A stretch of 60,825 bases of DNA from a virus (Duplodnaviria; Caudoviricetes), in IMG/VR virus record IMGVR_UViG_3300033142_000461, positions 1 through 60,825 of that record, one strand, 5' to 3'. The stretch's first letter is position 1, and each line of letters opens with the position of its first letter. The notes below the pieces were generated by a model. That model was not told where the DNA came from, made no database searches, and saw nothing but the letters and a program-made list of their open reading frames with translations. The translations under genes and the position numbers were made by a program. This document shows, piece by piece, positions 37,429-46,871 of this stretch.

Positions 37429-40026
37429 ATGAGTAGATTTTACTTAAATGTAAAAAGATATGGTCGCAATCTCCTAGTTAGAGAATATAACAACGGAGAG
37501 GTTATAAATTACAAGCATCCATATAAACCAACACTGTATGTAGAGACAGACAAACCATCCGAGTACAAAGGATTCTTAGGCGAGAATGTCGCGCCTGTTG
37601 ATTTTGGTTCTATGTCTGATGCCACTGACTTTGTGAAATCGTACAAAGATGTTCCTGGTTACCGTATTCACGGACAACAGGACTATGTACTACAATACCT
37701 TGCTGAAGAATATCCTGATGAAATTGAATTCGACTCTTCAAAGATTCGTGTAGCTAATGTCGATATCGAAACCGCCTCTGAGGGTGGATTCCCTTACGCT
37801 GACGAGGCGAACTATGAAGTAAACGCCATCACTCTATATGATAACATTGATGACACCTACTACGTGTGGGGTCTTGGTGAGTGGCAACTAAAAGATACTG
37901 AACTAGATTTTATTACCTACGACAATGTTGAGTATGTCCATTGTAAAGATGAAGCAGACCTATTCATTCGTTTCATCAACCATTTCCATACCAAACAGTA
38001 TGTGGTGTTCACAGGTTGGAACATTAACAACTTCGATATACCATACATCATTAATCGTGGTCGTAAGATCGTTGGTGAAAAGATTGTAAACAAATTATCT
38101 CCTTGGGGAATCATCCAAGAGAAGAACAGCAAAGGCAAGTTTGGTAAAGAGACCATCACTTACGACATCTACGGTGTATCGATACTTGATTACATCGAAC
38201 TGTACCAATACTACTCTCGCGCCACATTAGATTCATATTCACTTGACTCTGTAGCGAACCATGAACTTGGTGAGAAGAAACTGGACTATAGTGACCTTGG
38301 TTCTATTCACACAATCTACAAGACCAACTTCCAAACATGGATAGACTATAACATCAAAGACGTTAGACTTGTACAAAGAATTGAAGAGAAGAATAAATTC
38401 ATAGAACTGGTATACAGTCTATCATACTATCCAAAGATTAACCACAATGATGTGTTTGCAACTGTAAAAACTTGGGACTCTATCATTCATTATACTCTAC
38501 TTGAGAGAAACATTATCGTTCCTCCTAAAGAGTACTATCATAAAGAATCATTTGGTGGAGGTTATGTAAAAGAACCTATACCTAATATCTATGATTGGTT
38601 GGTCTCTGTCGATTTGAATTCCCTATATCCTCACCTGTTGATTCAGTATAACATTTCACCAGAAACATTAATTACCTCTGATGATTTGCCACAAGAAATC
38701 AAGGCACTTATCGCATCAATCAAATTTATGAATGATGAAAAAGGTAACAAGATGATGCCTATGGAGATTCTCAACAAAGAGAAGAACATAGACCTGTTGA
38801 AAGAGTACAACATTTCAATGGCTGCCAACGGCGCATGTTATCGTAGAGACAAGAAAGGATTGTTCCCAGAACTTATGGAGAGTTTATACAAAGTTCGTAA
38901 GGCAGACAAGAAAGAGATGCTTCGTTGGGAATCTATCCTTGAGGCAGGCGATAAGACAGATGCAGAGTTTGTCAAAAATTGTAAGGCGAACATTTCAAAG
39001 TTCAACAACAACCAATTGGCAAAGAAGGTACTGCTGAACTCTCTTTATGGTGCCCTTGGTGCACCGTACTTTAGATATTTCAATATTCAAAATGCCGAGG
39101 CAGTTACCCTATCAGGACAATTATCAACCAGATGGGCTGGCGATAGACTGAACATTTTCTTTAATGAGATATTGAAGACCGAAGGTAAAGATTATATCGT
39201 GGCAGCGGACACAGATAGTCTATACATCACACTCAATGAACTTGTGAAGACCGCATTTAAGAACAACGATGATGAAATTAAAATTGTCGATGCGCTTGAT
39301 GGCTTTATGAAAAAGATTGTTGAACCAAAGATTTCAAATATCTATGATGAACTTGCTGACTATATGAACGCATATGAAAACAAGATGGTAATGGAAAGAG
39401 AAGTTATTGCCTCTAAGGGATTCTGGACTGGCAAGAAACGATACGCTTTGAATGTATGGGACTCTGAGGGTGTTCGTTATGAGAAACCAAAGATGAAGTA
39501 CATGGGACTATCTGCGAAATCTTCTGCTACAAATACATTCAGCAGGCCAAAACTTGTAGAGTTATATAAATTGGTAATGGAGTCCGATAATAAAACTATT
39601 ATCAAGTACATTGAGGAGTTTAACAAAGAGTGGAATAATATATCTATTGATGACATTGCAATACCAAAAGGAATCAATGGCGTTAAGAAATACTCTGACC
39701 AGAACGGTATGCCGATTAAGGGCGCACCGAAACATGTTAAGTCTGCCCTTGCTCACAATAGACTCATTAAAAAACTTGGACTAAATACCATTGAACCTAT
39801 CTCTGATGGCGACAAGATTAAGTTTATCGAGTTGAAATCTCCCAACCCTATAGGTTCAGAGGTGATTGGATTTAAGAATCACTTACCTGATGAGTTTGAC
39901 CTTGAACAATATATTAATCGTGATTTGATGTTTGAAAAAGGGTTTCTTGACCCCGCTCGAACTGTTCTCGACCCACTGAATTTGAAACACAAAGAAGAAG
40001 CTACACTTGAAGACCTATTTGGATAA
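37429..40026 (+). CDS. gp43: Family B DNA polymerase gp43 (uninterrupted)
   Basis: DIET exo I, DLNSLYP, K..LNSLYG, DTDS, KKRY; ends TLEDLFG. Confidence 0.98.
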   Translation: MSRFYLNVKRYGRNLLVREYNNGEVINYKHPYKPTLYVETDKPSEYKGFLGENVAPVDFGSMSDATDFVKSYKDVPGYRIHGQQDYVLQYLAEEYPDEIEFDSSKIRVANVDIETASEGGFPYADEANYEVNAITLYDNIDDTYYVWGLGEWQLKDTELDFITYDNVEYVHCKDEADLFIRFINHFHTKQYVVFTGWNINNFDIPYIINRGRKIVGEKIVNKLSPWGIIQEKNSKGKFGKETITYDIYGVSILDYIELYQYYSRATLDSYSLDSVANHELGEKKLDYSDLGSIHTIYKTNFQTWIDYNIKDVRLVQRIEEKNKFIELVYSLSYYPKINHNDVFATVKTWDSIIHYTLLERNIIVPPKEYYHKESFGGGYVKEPIPNIYDWLVSVDLNSLYPHLLIQYNISPETLITSDDLPQEIKALIASIKFMNDEKGNKMMPMEILNKEKNIDLLKEYNISMAANGACYRRDKKGLFPELMESLYKVRKADKKEMLRWESILEAGDKTDAEFVKNCKANISKFNNNQLAKKVLLNSLYGALGAPYFRYFNIQNAEAVTLSGQLSTRWAGDRLNIFFNEILKTEGKDYIVAADTDSLYITLNELVKTAFKNNDDEIKIVDALDGFMKKIVEPKISNIYDELADYMNAYENKMVMEREVIASKGFWTGKKRYALNVWDSEGVRYEKPKMKYMGLSAKSSATNTFSRPKLVELYKLVMESDNKTIIKYIEEFNKEWNNISIDDIAIPKGINGVKKYSDQNGMPIKGAPKHVKSALAHNRLIKKLGLNTIEPISDGDKIKFIELKSPNPIGSEVIGFKNHLPDEFDLEQYINRDLMFEKGFLDPARTVLDPLNLKHKEEATLEDLFG

Positions 40027-40091
40027 CATGCTGTTGTAATGGCACGTTATTAATGAAATGAACATGAAACATGCTATTGTAATAGCATATT
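40025..40091. repeat. Two tandem palindromic elements upstream of the ClpP-like gene
   Basis: AACATGCTGTTGTAATGGCACGTT (40025) and AACATGCTATTGTAATAGCATATT (40068). Confidence 0.7.
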
Positions 40092-40101
40092 AGGAGATTT
40101 G

Positions 40102-40839
40102 ATGAGCAAAAAACAAAAACAAGAAAAACAAGAAGAACAGAATGATAATATTGTCAATAGCAAGTATCATACTCTTGTTGTCACGGAAGTACCTGAACAG
40201 AAGGTACCTGTAGGCGAAGAAGGTCTATTTGGAATGATACCCGCAAGAAAACATTTCAAGTTATATGTAGGAGATTTTGGAGAAGATGGACGTGGTACAC
40301 ACGCTATCATCGATAAACTCCGTCAGTCTACAGACAGTGCTGATACTCTTGAATTATCTATCAATAGTAATGGTGGATATGTTAACGAATTGAAAGTTTA
40401 TCACAACATGGTCACTGATATGTTCAACGGCAAGACCATGACTGTTCTTGATTCGTGTGGATTCTCTGCTGGTGCTATTATGTTCCTTATGGGTGATGAA
40501 CGTGTTGTTTATGAATCTTCTGAATTAATGTTCCATACATACTCGACAGTATATTGGGGCAAATCTGGAGACATTGGAGAGGCGCATCGTCACTCTGAAA
40601 CAAACCTACAACCATATTTCTACAGTATGTTGGTTGACGAAGGTTACATGACTAAGAAAGAATTCAAACAGATGTGTCTTGGTAAAGATTTCTGGTTAAG
40701 TACTCCTGAGATGTGTGAAAGAGGTATTGCAACACACGTAATGGTATATGGCCATAAGATTGCCGCGAAACATTACATGAAACTTGTTGATGGTAAGTGG
40801 GACTTTGAAAAGGTTCTTGCGAAGACATATCCACAATAG
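40102..40839 (+). CDS. ClpP-like serine protease
   Basis: INSNGG, FSAG (Ser), LMFH (His), DFWL (Asp). Confidence 0.85.
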   Translation: MSKKQKQEKQEEQNDNIVNSKYHTLVVTEVPEQKVPVGEEGLFGMIPARKHFKLYVGDFGEDGRGTHAIIDKLRQSTDSADTLELSINSNGGYVNELKVYHNMVTDMFNGKTMTVLDSCGFSAGAIMFLMGDERVVYESSELMFHTYSTVYWGKSGDIGEAHRHSETNLQPYFYSMLVDEGYMTKKEFKQMCLGKDFWLSTPEMCERGIATHVMVYGHKIAAKHYMKLVDGKWDFEKVLAKTYPQ

Positions 40840-40912
40840 GAGTAATATAAACTAAAATAGGAACGTCTTCGGTCATAAATATCCTTATCTTCTATAACAT
40901 AAGGATTACCGA

Positions 40913-41686
40913 ATGACGAAGAAAAAAAGAGTTTCACGCAAAGCTCGTCAGCAACGCGAACTGGAACAGATTCAAAATAACCAAGACACTCAACAAGCCT
41001 ATAATGACGGCTCACTTAAAAAAACATTCTCGGTCAAAGACATTGGAAATGTTAGACCAAAAACAGACCACCAACGAGATGCGTTCCAGCATTTCTTCCA
41101 AGGCAACAATCTTCTACTAAAAGGGTCCGCCGGTACGGGCAAGACCTTCATCGCTCTATACCTCGCACTACAAGAGGTTTTCAGACAAGATTCTCTCTAC
41201 AAAAAAGTCGTTATCGTTCGTTCAACTCTTCCTGTTAGAGACATAGGTTTTCTTCCGGGTACAGCTGATGAGAAGATAGAACAGTACGAGGCACCATATC
41301 GTGGACTATGTGATGAACTATTTGAGTTCAGAAATAGTTACGACAACATGAAGAAGTCGGAATATATAGAGTTTATATCCACATCATTCATACGTGGTAT
41401 TACTCTACACGATTCTATTGTTATAATGGATGAAGCCCAAAATATGACTTGGGATGAAATCAGTTCAACAATGACCAGAGCAGGGGAGAACACCTCCTAT
41501 ATCATTTGTGGTGATACTAAACAGAGCGACCATCATAAACAATCTGATAGATGCGCCTTGGGCAATCTCCAACAGGTATTGGAACTAATGGAATCGTTCG
41601 GTATCGTTGAATTCGACCGAGATGATATAGTTAGGTCTGGTTTCGTGAAAGACTTCATAGTGGCATCGGAAGACGCCGGTTTCTAA
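40913..41686 (+). CDS. phoH: PhoH-like ATPase
   Basis: GSAGTGKT, IGFLPG, FIRGIT, DEAQN, TR.G, GD..Q.D, DIVRS. Confidence 0.95.
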   Translation: MTKKKRVSRKARQQRELEQIQNNQDTQQAYNDGSLKKTFSVKDIGNVRPKTDHQRDAFQHFFQGNNLLLKGSAGTGKTFIALYLALQEVFRQDSLYKKVVIVRSTLPVRDIGFLPGTADEKIEQYEAPYRGLCDELFEFRNSYDNMKKSEYIEFISTSFIRGITLHDSIVIMDEAQNMTWDEISSTMTRAGENTSYIICGDTKQSDHHKQSDRCALGNLQQVLELMESFGIVEFDRDDIVRSGFVKDFIVASEDAGF

Positions 41687-41800
41687 TAAGTTCTGCTTAT
41701 AACCAAATAAAATCTTTTCATATCAATAGCTTGTGGGAGTCTTGACACTCCCACAATCACCTGTATAATGGAACTATAAATTGATGAATTGGAGAGAGAA
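41686..41800 (+). promoter_or_regulatory. Early promoter cassette copy 4
   Basis: ATAA-N7-TTAT-N6-ATAA; IHF TATCAAtagcTTG; TTGACA-N16-TATAAT with a 10-bp inverted repeat around the -35. Confidence 0.8.
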
Positions 41801-42370
41801 GTGGGTACACGAAATCTAACTATCGTGGTTGTTGATGGAAAAACAAAAGTTTCACAATATGGCCAGTGGGATGGATATCCTGATGGTAATGGAGTACAAG
41901 TACTTGAATTTCTACGCAATGTAGACCTGTCATCATTCAAAGACCAATCAAAACTTGTACATAGTCTGACCGGAGACGAAATCGAACAAATTAACAAATA
42001 TCACGAAAAAGACTGGCGGGATGGATATCCTCAGTTGGATCGTGATTGTGGTGCCGATATTCTTGATATGGTTGTCAAGTTTGAAGGAAAGATTGATGTT
42101 GTTCTCGACCTAGAATTCGCTTATGAAGGATTGTTTTGTGAATGGGCATATCTTATTAATCTTGATAATGACACCCTTGAGGTCTATAAAGGTTTCACCA
42201 AGAAGGAAGACGTAATCACAGAAGGTCGATGGTTAACCAAAGATATTCCTGATGACGCCATGGGTTCTGATGAATATGGTCCAATCAAGATACTCAAGAA
42301 ATACGACCTCGAATGTCTACCGACAGATGAACAGTTTCTTTCTGACCTTATGCCAGAAGAAGATGAGTAA
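41801..42370 (+). CDS. Early hypothetical protein (MGTR...WDGYP family)
   Basis: GTG start; QYGQWDGYP, CEWAYLINLD; paralog at 43028. Confidence 0.75.
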   Translation: MGTRNLTIVVVDGKTKVSQYGQWDGYPDGNGVQVLEFLRNVDLSSFKDQSKLVHSLTGDEIEQINKYHEKDWRDGYPQLDRDCGADILDMVVKFEGKIDVVLDLEFAYEGLFCEWAYLINLDNDTLEVYKGFTKKEDVITEGRWLTKDIPDDAMGSDEYGPIKILKKYDLECLPTDEQFLSDLMPEEDE

Positions 42371-42558
42371 TGTGGCACGTTAAACGAAATGATAGTGGAT
42401 GGGACATTTGTTGTTTCGTCCACAATTTCAATGGAGTCTTCACCAAATTTGCTAATGAAGATGATGCTAATGAATGGTTGAGAAAACACAACAAGTTAGC
42501 TCCAGATCACATTAACTATTTTTGTGAGTGGGTTGAAGATGATAGAGAAATTTGCTAG
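42370..42558 (+). CDS. Hypothetical protein
   Basis: TAATG coupling. Confidence 0.5.
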   Translation: MWHVKRNDSGWDICCFVHNFNGVFTKFANEDDANEWLRKHNKLAPDHINYFCEWVEDDREIC

Positions 42559-42776
42559 GTAACGTTATGAAAATTATGAAAATTATGAAAGAATTGAAAT
42601 TTATTGGTTTGCTCTTTGTCGGCATCATCTTAAACGCGATATCATTAAGCATATACCAACAGTATCACGATATCGGTGCTGATTACTGGACGTTTGAATA
42701 CCTCGGCACCCTAATACTTGTATACGCTACAATGGGTGTGTATTGGGGAGTTGTATTTAATGAATCTAACGACTAG
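42552..42776 (+). CDS. Small membrane protein
   Basis: Two TM segments; start codon uncertain. Confidence 0.5.
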   Translation: MLGNVMKIMKIMKELKFIGLLFVGIILNAISLSIYQQYHDIGADYWTFEYLGTLILVYATMGVYWGVVFNESND

Positions 42777-42778
42777 AA

Positions 42779-42896
42779 ATAAACCCTGCTTATACACCCA
42801 TAAAATCTTTTCATATCAATAAGTTACGATAACGCTTGACGGTGGTACCCATACCTGTATAATGGTACCATAAATTGATGAATTGAGAGAGAATTT
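42779..42896 (+). promoter_or_regulatory. Early promoter cassette copy 5
   Basis: ATAA-N7-TTAT-N6-ATAA; IHF TATCAAtaagTTA; TTGACG-N16-TATAAT; leader AATTGAGAGAGAA. Confidence 0.8.
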
Positions 42897-43025
42897 ATGA
42901 CTTATTTACTTGTTTGGAACGATGAAGTTATCGATGAAACCGATGATTTTACTGATGCTATGTACTTGCAGGGTGAGTATTCCCTTGCGTATGGTGGTGT
43001 AGTTACTATCTCGGAGGACGAATAA
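42897..43025 (+). CDS. 42-aa acidic early peptide (not in the ORF track)
   Basis: MTYLLVWNDEVIDETDDFTDAMYLQGEYSLAYGGVVTISEDE; first ORF after cassette 5. Confidence 0.65.
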   Translation: MTYLLVWNDEVIDETDDFTDAMYLQGEYSLAYGGVVTISEDE

Positions 43026-43027
43026 TC

Positions 43028-43570
43028 ATGGGTACTTCATGTTACATCGGCGCGAAATACGACAAGGAAGTGGTTGGTTCTGACGAAATCGTTGGTTCTT
43101 ACTGTCACTATGACGGATATCTATCAGGCGTTGGAATGACTCTCCTAGAGAACTGGAACGGTGATCAGGCATATGCCTTAGCGTCACACGGTTATTTCTC
43201 TGGAATCGTTGAGTCGTTGAAGGAACTTGGTTCCCCTAAAGACCAACACGCGAATTCTGATTCAGCAGAGTATTTCAAGACCGAAGGTGACTTCTTGGAA
43301 CGTGCTGTAAAGAATAATGGTTGTGAGTTCGCCTATCTTTATATTGATGGCCAATGGAATTATTTTGTACTTGATTCTAATGTTATTGCTAAAGATCATG
43401 GCATCCTTGAGGGTTCTGTTTTTCTTCCTGAACTGCGTCACTCTGTTAGATACTTTACCGAAGCGCGAGAAAACTACGATGTTGATTCTCAACCTTATAA
43501 AGATTATTCTGAATATATTGAATTCTACTCCAAGAAAGTTGATGAATATACTCCTAAAGAGGCATCATAA
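43028..43570 (+). CDS. Early hypothetical protein (MGT...YDGY family)
   Basis: YCHYDGYL, CEFAYLY; paralog of 41801. Confidence 0.75.
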   Translation: MGTSCYIGAKYDKEVVGSDEIVGSYCHYDGYLSGVGMTLLENWNGDQAYALASHGYFSGIVESLKELGSPKDQHANSDSAEYFKTEGDFLERAVKNNGCEFAYLYIDGQWNYFVLDSNVIAKDHGILEGSVFLPELRHSVRYFTEARENYDVDSQPYKDYSEYIEFYSKKVDEYTPKEAS

Positions 43571-43666
43571 TGAATACAGTTATATTTGTGGTTTTAATTG
43601 CGACCATCGTCTTATTTAAAGATGTATGTGGTACTTCTCTTTTTGATAAAATTAAAGGTCAATAAA

Positions 43667-43930
43667 ATGTCTGAAATTAATTTACAAGCTTCCGATATCC
43701 GTGAGTTCTATGAGGATCTCTATGAGATTCAAAAAGACCGAGTAAAAGATTACTCATTGGTCGAGAACGTTTCTTCGGCCACTGTTCCTGAATGGAAACA
43801 GTTGATGTGGGGCGAAGGTTTGCTCGTTTCTGAGGAACGTTGTGGTTTTTCTGCCTACAATCTGTACTTTGCTTATCCTGAGTTTGTTGATGGTTATGAG
43901 AATGATGGTGGTGAACGTTACTATGCCTAA
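43667..43930 (+). CDS. Hypothetical protein
   Basis: Probable start MSEINLQ. Confidence 0.55.
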   Translation: MSEINLQASDIREFYEDLYEIQKDRVKDYSLVENVSSATVPEWKQLMWGEGLLVSEERCGFSAYNLYFAYPEFVDGYENDGGERYYA

Positions 43931-44114
43931 TTCAGTTGGTGTTTCTATTGACATTGATATGGATGAAGTCAATCAACATATCGAAGAACAAGAGCAACTA
44001 AAAGAAAAGATCTTTGATGGTGTCACCGACCCAGATGATAAAGATGATGTATTCGGTACAGTCATGGGAAATCTCATGAACATGATGAAAGAGGAATCCG
44101 AGAAAAATGGATAA
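43923..44114 (+). CDS. Hypothetical acidic protein
   Basis: Probable start MPNSVG; overlaps both neighbours. Confidence 0.5.
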   Translation: MPNSVGVSIDIDMDEVNQHIEEQEQLKEKIFDGVTDPDDKDDVFGTVMGNLMNMMKEESEKNG

Positions 44115-44505
44115 AAATTTATATATGATTCGTGGTCTTCCTGGTTCAGGAAAGACCACCTTGGCAGAAACTCTAGCAGCTCTACGTGACGTTGCAGCAA
44201 TGGCCGCTGATGACTTCTTCTACCGTGATGGTGTATATGAGTTTGACGCTAGCCTATTGCATCACGCTCACCAAGATTGTCAGGTTCGATGCAAGAACGC
44301 TATGTTTGTTGGTATTAAGAATATTGTGATTCATAACACATTCACTACCGATAAGGAAATGAAACCTTATCTTAAATTTGCTGAAGAGTTTGGTTATCGT
44401 GTAACTACAATGATTGTTGAGAATCGCCACGGATGCAAATCTGTACACGGCGTACCTGATGAGACAATGGAAAAGATGCGTGATAGATTTTCGGTACAGC
44501 TATGA
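44107..44505 (+). CDS. P-loop kinase (AAA_33/polynucleotide-kinase-like)
   Basis: IRGLPGSGKTT, ADDFF, AH..C, NTFT, HGVP. Confidence 0.88.
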   Translation: MDKNLYMIRGLPGSGKTTLAETLAALRDVAAMAADDFFYRDGVYEFDASLLHHAHQDCQVRCKNAMFVGIKNIVIHNTFTTDKEMKPYLKFAEEFGYRVTTMIVENRHGCKSVHGVPDETMEKMRDRFSVQL

Positions 44506-44753
44506 TTTTACTCTTACACATAATTGGACTAATTGCCTTGTGGTTTTATGTCGCACACAAGAATGATGTATGGTACGTATTTGGTATTGTAATAGGAAAG
44601 TATTACACCGAACCAACATTCATTACATATGATAATGAATTTCTTACAATAAAATCTGCCTGCGGAAGACACACTGATATGTATCAAGGTTTAGTTGCTA
44701 AATCTGTTTACAAGGCACTTATAAAATCTAACATTAAGGTAGAAGAAAAATAA
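44502..44753 (+). CDS. Hypothetical membrane-anchored protein
   Basis: N-terminal hydrophobic segment; ATGA overlap. Confidence 0.5.
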   Translation: MILLLHIIGLIALWFYVAHKNDVWYVFGIVIGKYYTEPTFITYDNEFLTIKSACGRHTDMYQGLVAKSVYKALIKSNIKVEEK

Positions 44754-44818
44754 TGTTTATCAAACAAACAATTCCTGCTACCGGTAAAAATGATTACAGA
44801 ATGGTATAAGGATTTATA

Positions 44819-45253
44819 ATGAATAAGGATTATGGACCTAAAGCTTTTGAAAAAGTGTGGGTAAAGTTACTCAACGGATTTAATGAAACAAAAATATTCT
44901 TCTTTCATGACAAGTCCAAAACAATAATCAAGTACATCAAAGGGGATAAACTATTCGGTGTAGAGATGTACCGATGTCATTTTGAAATAGAAAAATGGCT
45001 TAACCATTTTCAACACTACTTGGATACAGGAACATTTGACACTAATGCTTACTGGATTGAATACAGTTCTGTTAGCGATGACGAAGAGTTTACTAGTAAA
45101 TATTCATCAGAAGTAAATGCTATTCCAATGGTGCTTAAAAATAAAGTATGGAGTGTCCATAGTACAGAAATGAATAAGTTCATGAAAGCTGAACGCGCTG
45201 CAAAAGGTGACATAGGATTTAAACAAGTCGGCCGGCCGCTGAACGAAAAGTAA
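44819..45253 (+). CDS. Hypothetical protein
   Basis: 144-aa ORF with AAGGA RBS. Confidence 0.55.
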   Translation: MNKDYGPKAFEKVWVKLLNGFNETKIFFFHDKSKTIIKYIKGDKLFGVEMYRCHFEIEKWLNHFQHYLDTGTFDTNAYWIEYSSVSDDEEFTSKYSSEVNAIPMVLKNKVWSVHSTEMNKFMKAERAAKGDIGFKQVGRPLNEK

Positions 45254-45269
45254 TATTGAGGTATTTAAA

Positions 45270-45575
45270 ATGAAGTATATTATAGATTATAACGCCACCA
45301 TTGGTGACTCTTTTGCTGATGGTATGGTTGTAAAGATTGTTGACGACTGGATTGAGGATGGTTCTTGTAATATTGTCACCTCTACCGGACTTATCATTGA
45401 TGCTTTTCGTGCTGCGGTGAAACAGGGAAAAGTATCTAGTGAAGATATTGTTATCAAATTCCGAGGAGAAGAACTTCCTGTCGATAGCCGCGGCAAACTT
45501 GACCATTGGCCAGCAGGATTTCATGATACCCAAGACAAACTTCTTACCATTCTACTAGGATGGGAAACAAAATGA
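45270..45575 (+). CDS. Stand-alone DUF3696-like protein
   Basis: LPVDSRGKLDHWPAGFHD C-terminal motif. Confidence 0.55.
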   Translation: MKYIIDYNATIGDSFADGMVVKIVDDWIEDGSCNIVTSTGLIIDAFRAAVKQGKVSSEDIVIKFRGEELPVDSRGKLDHWPAGFHDTQDKLLTILLGWETK

Positions 45576-46015
45576 ATTGGGAAACGATGTACAAGAATCA
45601 ATGTATGGGAAATCTAGGCGAACGTCTGGTTGCCAACTACTATAATGGTCAAGGCGCCGGTGTGATGTTCTCTGAGGATATGTACGATAGTCAGAAAGAC
45701 TTGATTATTAATGGTGTCACCAACGTTGAGGTGAAGACTCAAGTACCATACTACACGAAGAATCTTTTGACTGTTAAACAGAATCAATTGAATAAATGTT
45801 TGAATGTTGATATTCTGTTATTCGTTGTTGTACCTCTAAGGGGATATGATAACGAAAATGCCAGATTAATGGAACCGATGGACCGCAGCAATTATGTTGA
45901 GTATGGAAAAGACTTTGGTTCTATGGTCGGATGGAATATGAACAATATGTTGACTATTGAGACCTATGGTGATATGGTTACCAAACAATTACAAGATTTA
46001 TATGTGAGAGAATGA
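45572..46015 (+). CDS. Putative PD-(D/E)XK nuclease
   Basis: GNLGE...DLII....VEVKT. Confidence 0.55.
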   Translation: MNWETMYKNQCMGNLGERLVANYYNGQGAGVMFSEDMYDSQKDLIINGVTNVEVKTQVPYYTKNLLTVKQNQLNKCLNVDILLFVVVPLRGYDNENARLMEPMDRSNYVEYGKDFGSMVGWNMNNMLTIETYGDMVTKQLQDLYVRE

Positions 46016-46239
46016 TGCGATTTATTAAGTTTGTAAATTTCTTTAAACGTGACCAACTTGTATACCAATTAATGGAAAATCACCAGCGCGTAGTTGACCA
46101 TAATAAGAGAATGTCTGAATTGTTATACGATATAAAGGATGATATTCCATATATGGCAACGTTAAACGGTGTTAATCCAAGCGAAGAAATGCGAGCTCGT
46201 ATAGAAGCAGCGCTTTATGATGTAAGGAATATGAAATGA
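46012..46239 (+). CDS. Hypothetical protein
   Basis: ATGA overlaps on both sides. Confidence 0.5.
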   Translation: MMRFIKFVNFFKRDQLVYQLMENHQRVVDHNKRMSELLYDIKDDIPYMATLNGVNPSEEMRARIEAALYDVRNMK

Positions 46240-46532
46240 TTGAATTTTTAATAGTAGCTCTCGTAACAGTAATTGCATTTGCCGCTTTTTATGTTCTTGT
46301 GGCATGGCTTGCGGTATGTGTATTTGGACTACTTCCGGGTTTAGATTGTAAAGAGATAAGAAGATTATATAAGGAACACAAAATGAAAGAATCAAAGAAA
46401 AAGACATCATACTTTGTTAAGCCTATCGGTAAAAAGTATTTCTTAGAGGTATCAAAAGAGGTATATGACTCTAAAGGAGATAAAGAGGGTATCATCTCTC
46501 GCGCGGTGCCATGTCCTAGGACAGAACTATAA
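46236..46532 (+). CDS. Hypothetical membrane protein
   Basis: Long hydrophobic N-terminus; an internal start near 46384 is possible. Confidence 0.45.
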   Translation: MIEFLIVALVTVIAFAAFYVLVAWLAVCVFGLLPGLDCKEIRRLYKEHKMKESKKKTSYFVKPIGKKYFLEVSKEVYDSKGDKEGIISRAVPCPRTEL

Positions 46533-46566
46533 ATAGTATCACACTTAAACGATACTAGGTATACCG

Positions 46567-46779
46567 ATGAAAACAATAAAAGATTTATTAACAGAAGCAA
46601 AATGGCCTGATGTAAAAGGTTGGAAAGTTTCTGTTTTCAACACCGGCGCAAGATACACCAAAGGCAATGTATCTGTTTTGTTTGATGAGTTCGGTTACGT
46701 TATAGATGAAAAAGGTAAGAAAGAGAAAGAGGTCAAACTGAATAAGGCTGACCCATCAAAGATTTTGAAAAAGTTTTAG
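46567..46779 (+). CDS. Putative internal head protein (CTS MKTIKDLLTE)
   Basis: TATAAATA late promoter at 46528-46535; similar to the C-terminal half of ORF 54663. Confidence 0.7.
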   Translation: MKTIKDLLTEAKWPDVKGWKVSVFNTGARYTKGNVSVLFDEFGYVIDEKGKKEKEVKLNKADPSKILKKF

Positions 46780-46785
46780 AAATAT

Positions 46786-46859
46786 GCCCGGTTAGTTAAG
46801 TGGTATAACAATTGCCTTGTAAGCATTTGTCGGAAGTTCGATTCTTCCACTGGGCACCA
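46786..46859 (+). tRNA. tRNA-Thr(TGT)
   Basis: Acceptor GCCCGGT/ACTGGGC-ACCA, D arm GTTA/TAAC, loop CT-TGT-AA, T arm GGAAG-TTCGATT-CTTCC. Confidence 0.9.
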
Positions 46860-46871
46860 AATTAGAAATAC

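Noticed and set aside
37429-40026. Introns or inteins in gp43, gp17, gp20 or gp46
   Set aside because: The ORFs are continuous and of ordinary length with no splice motifs seen.
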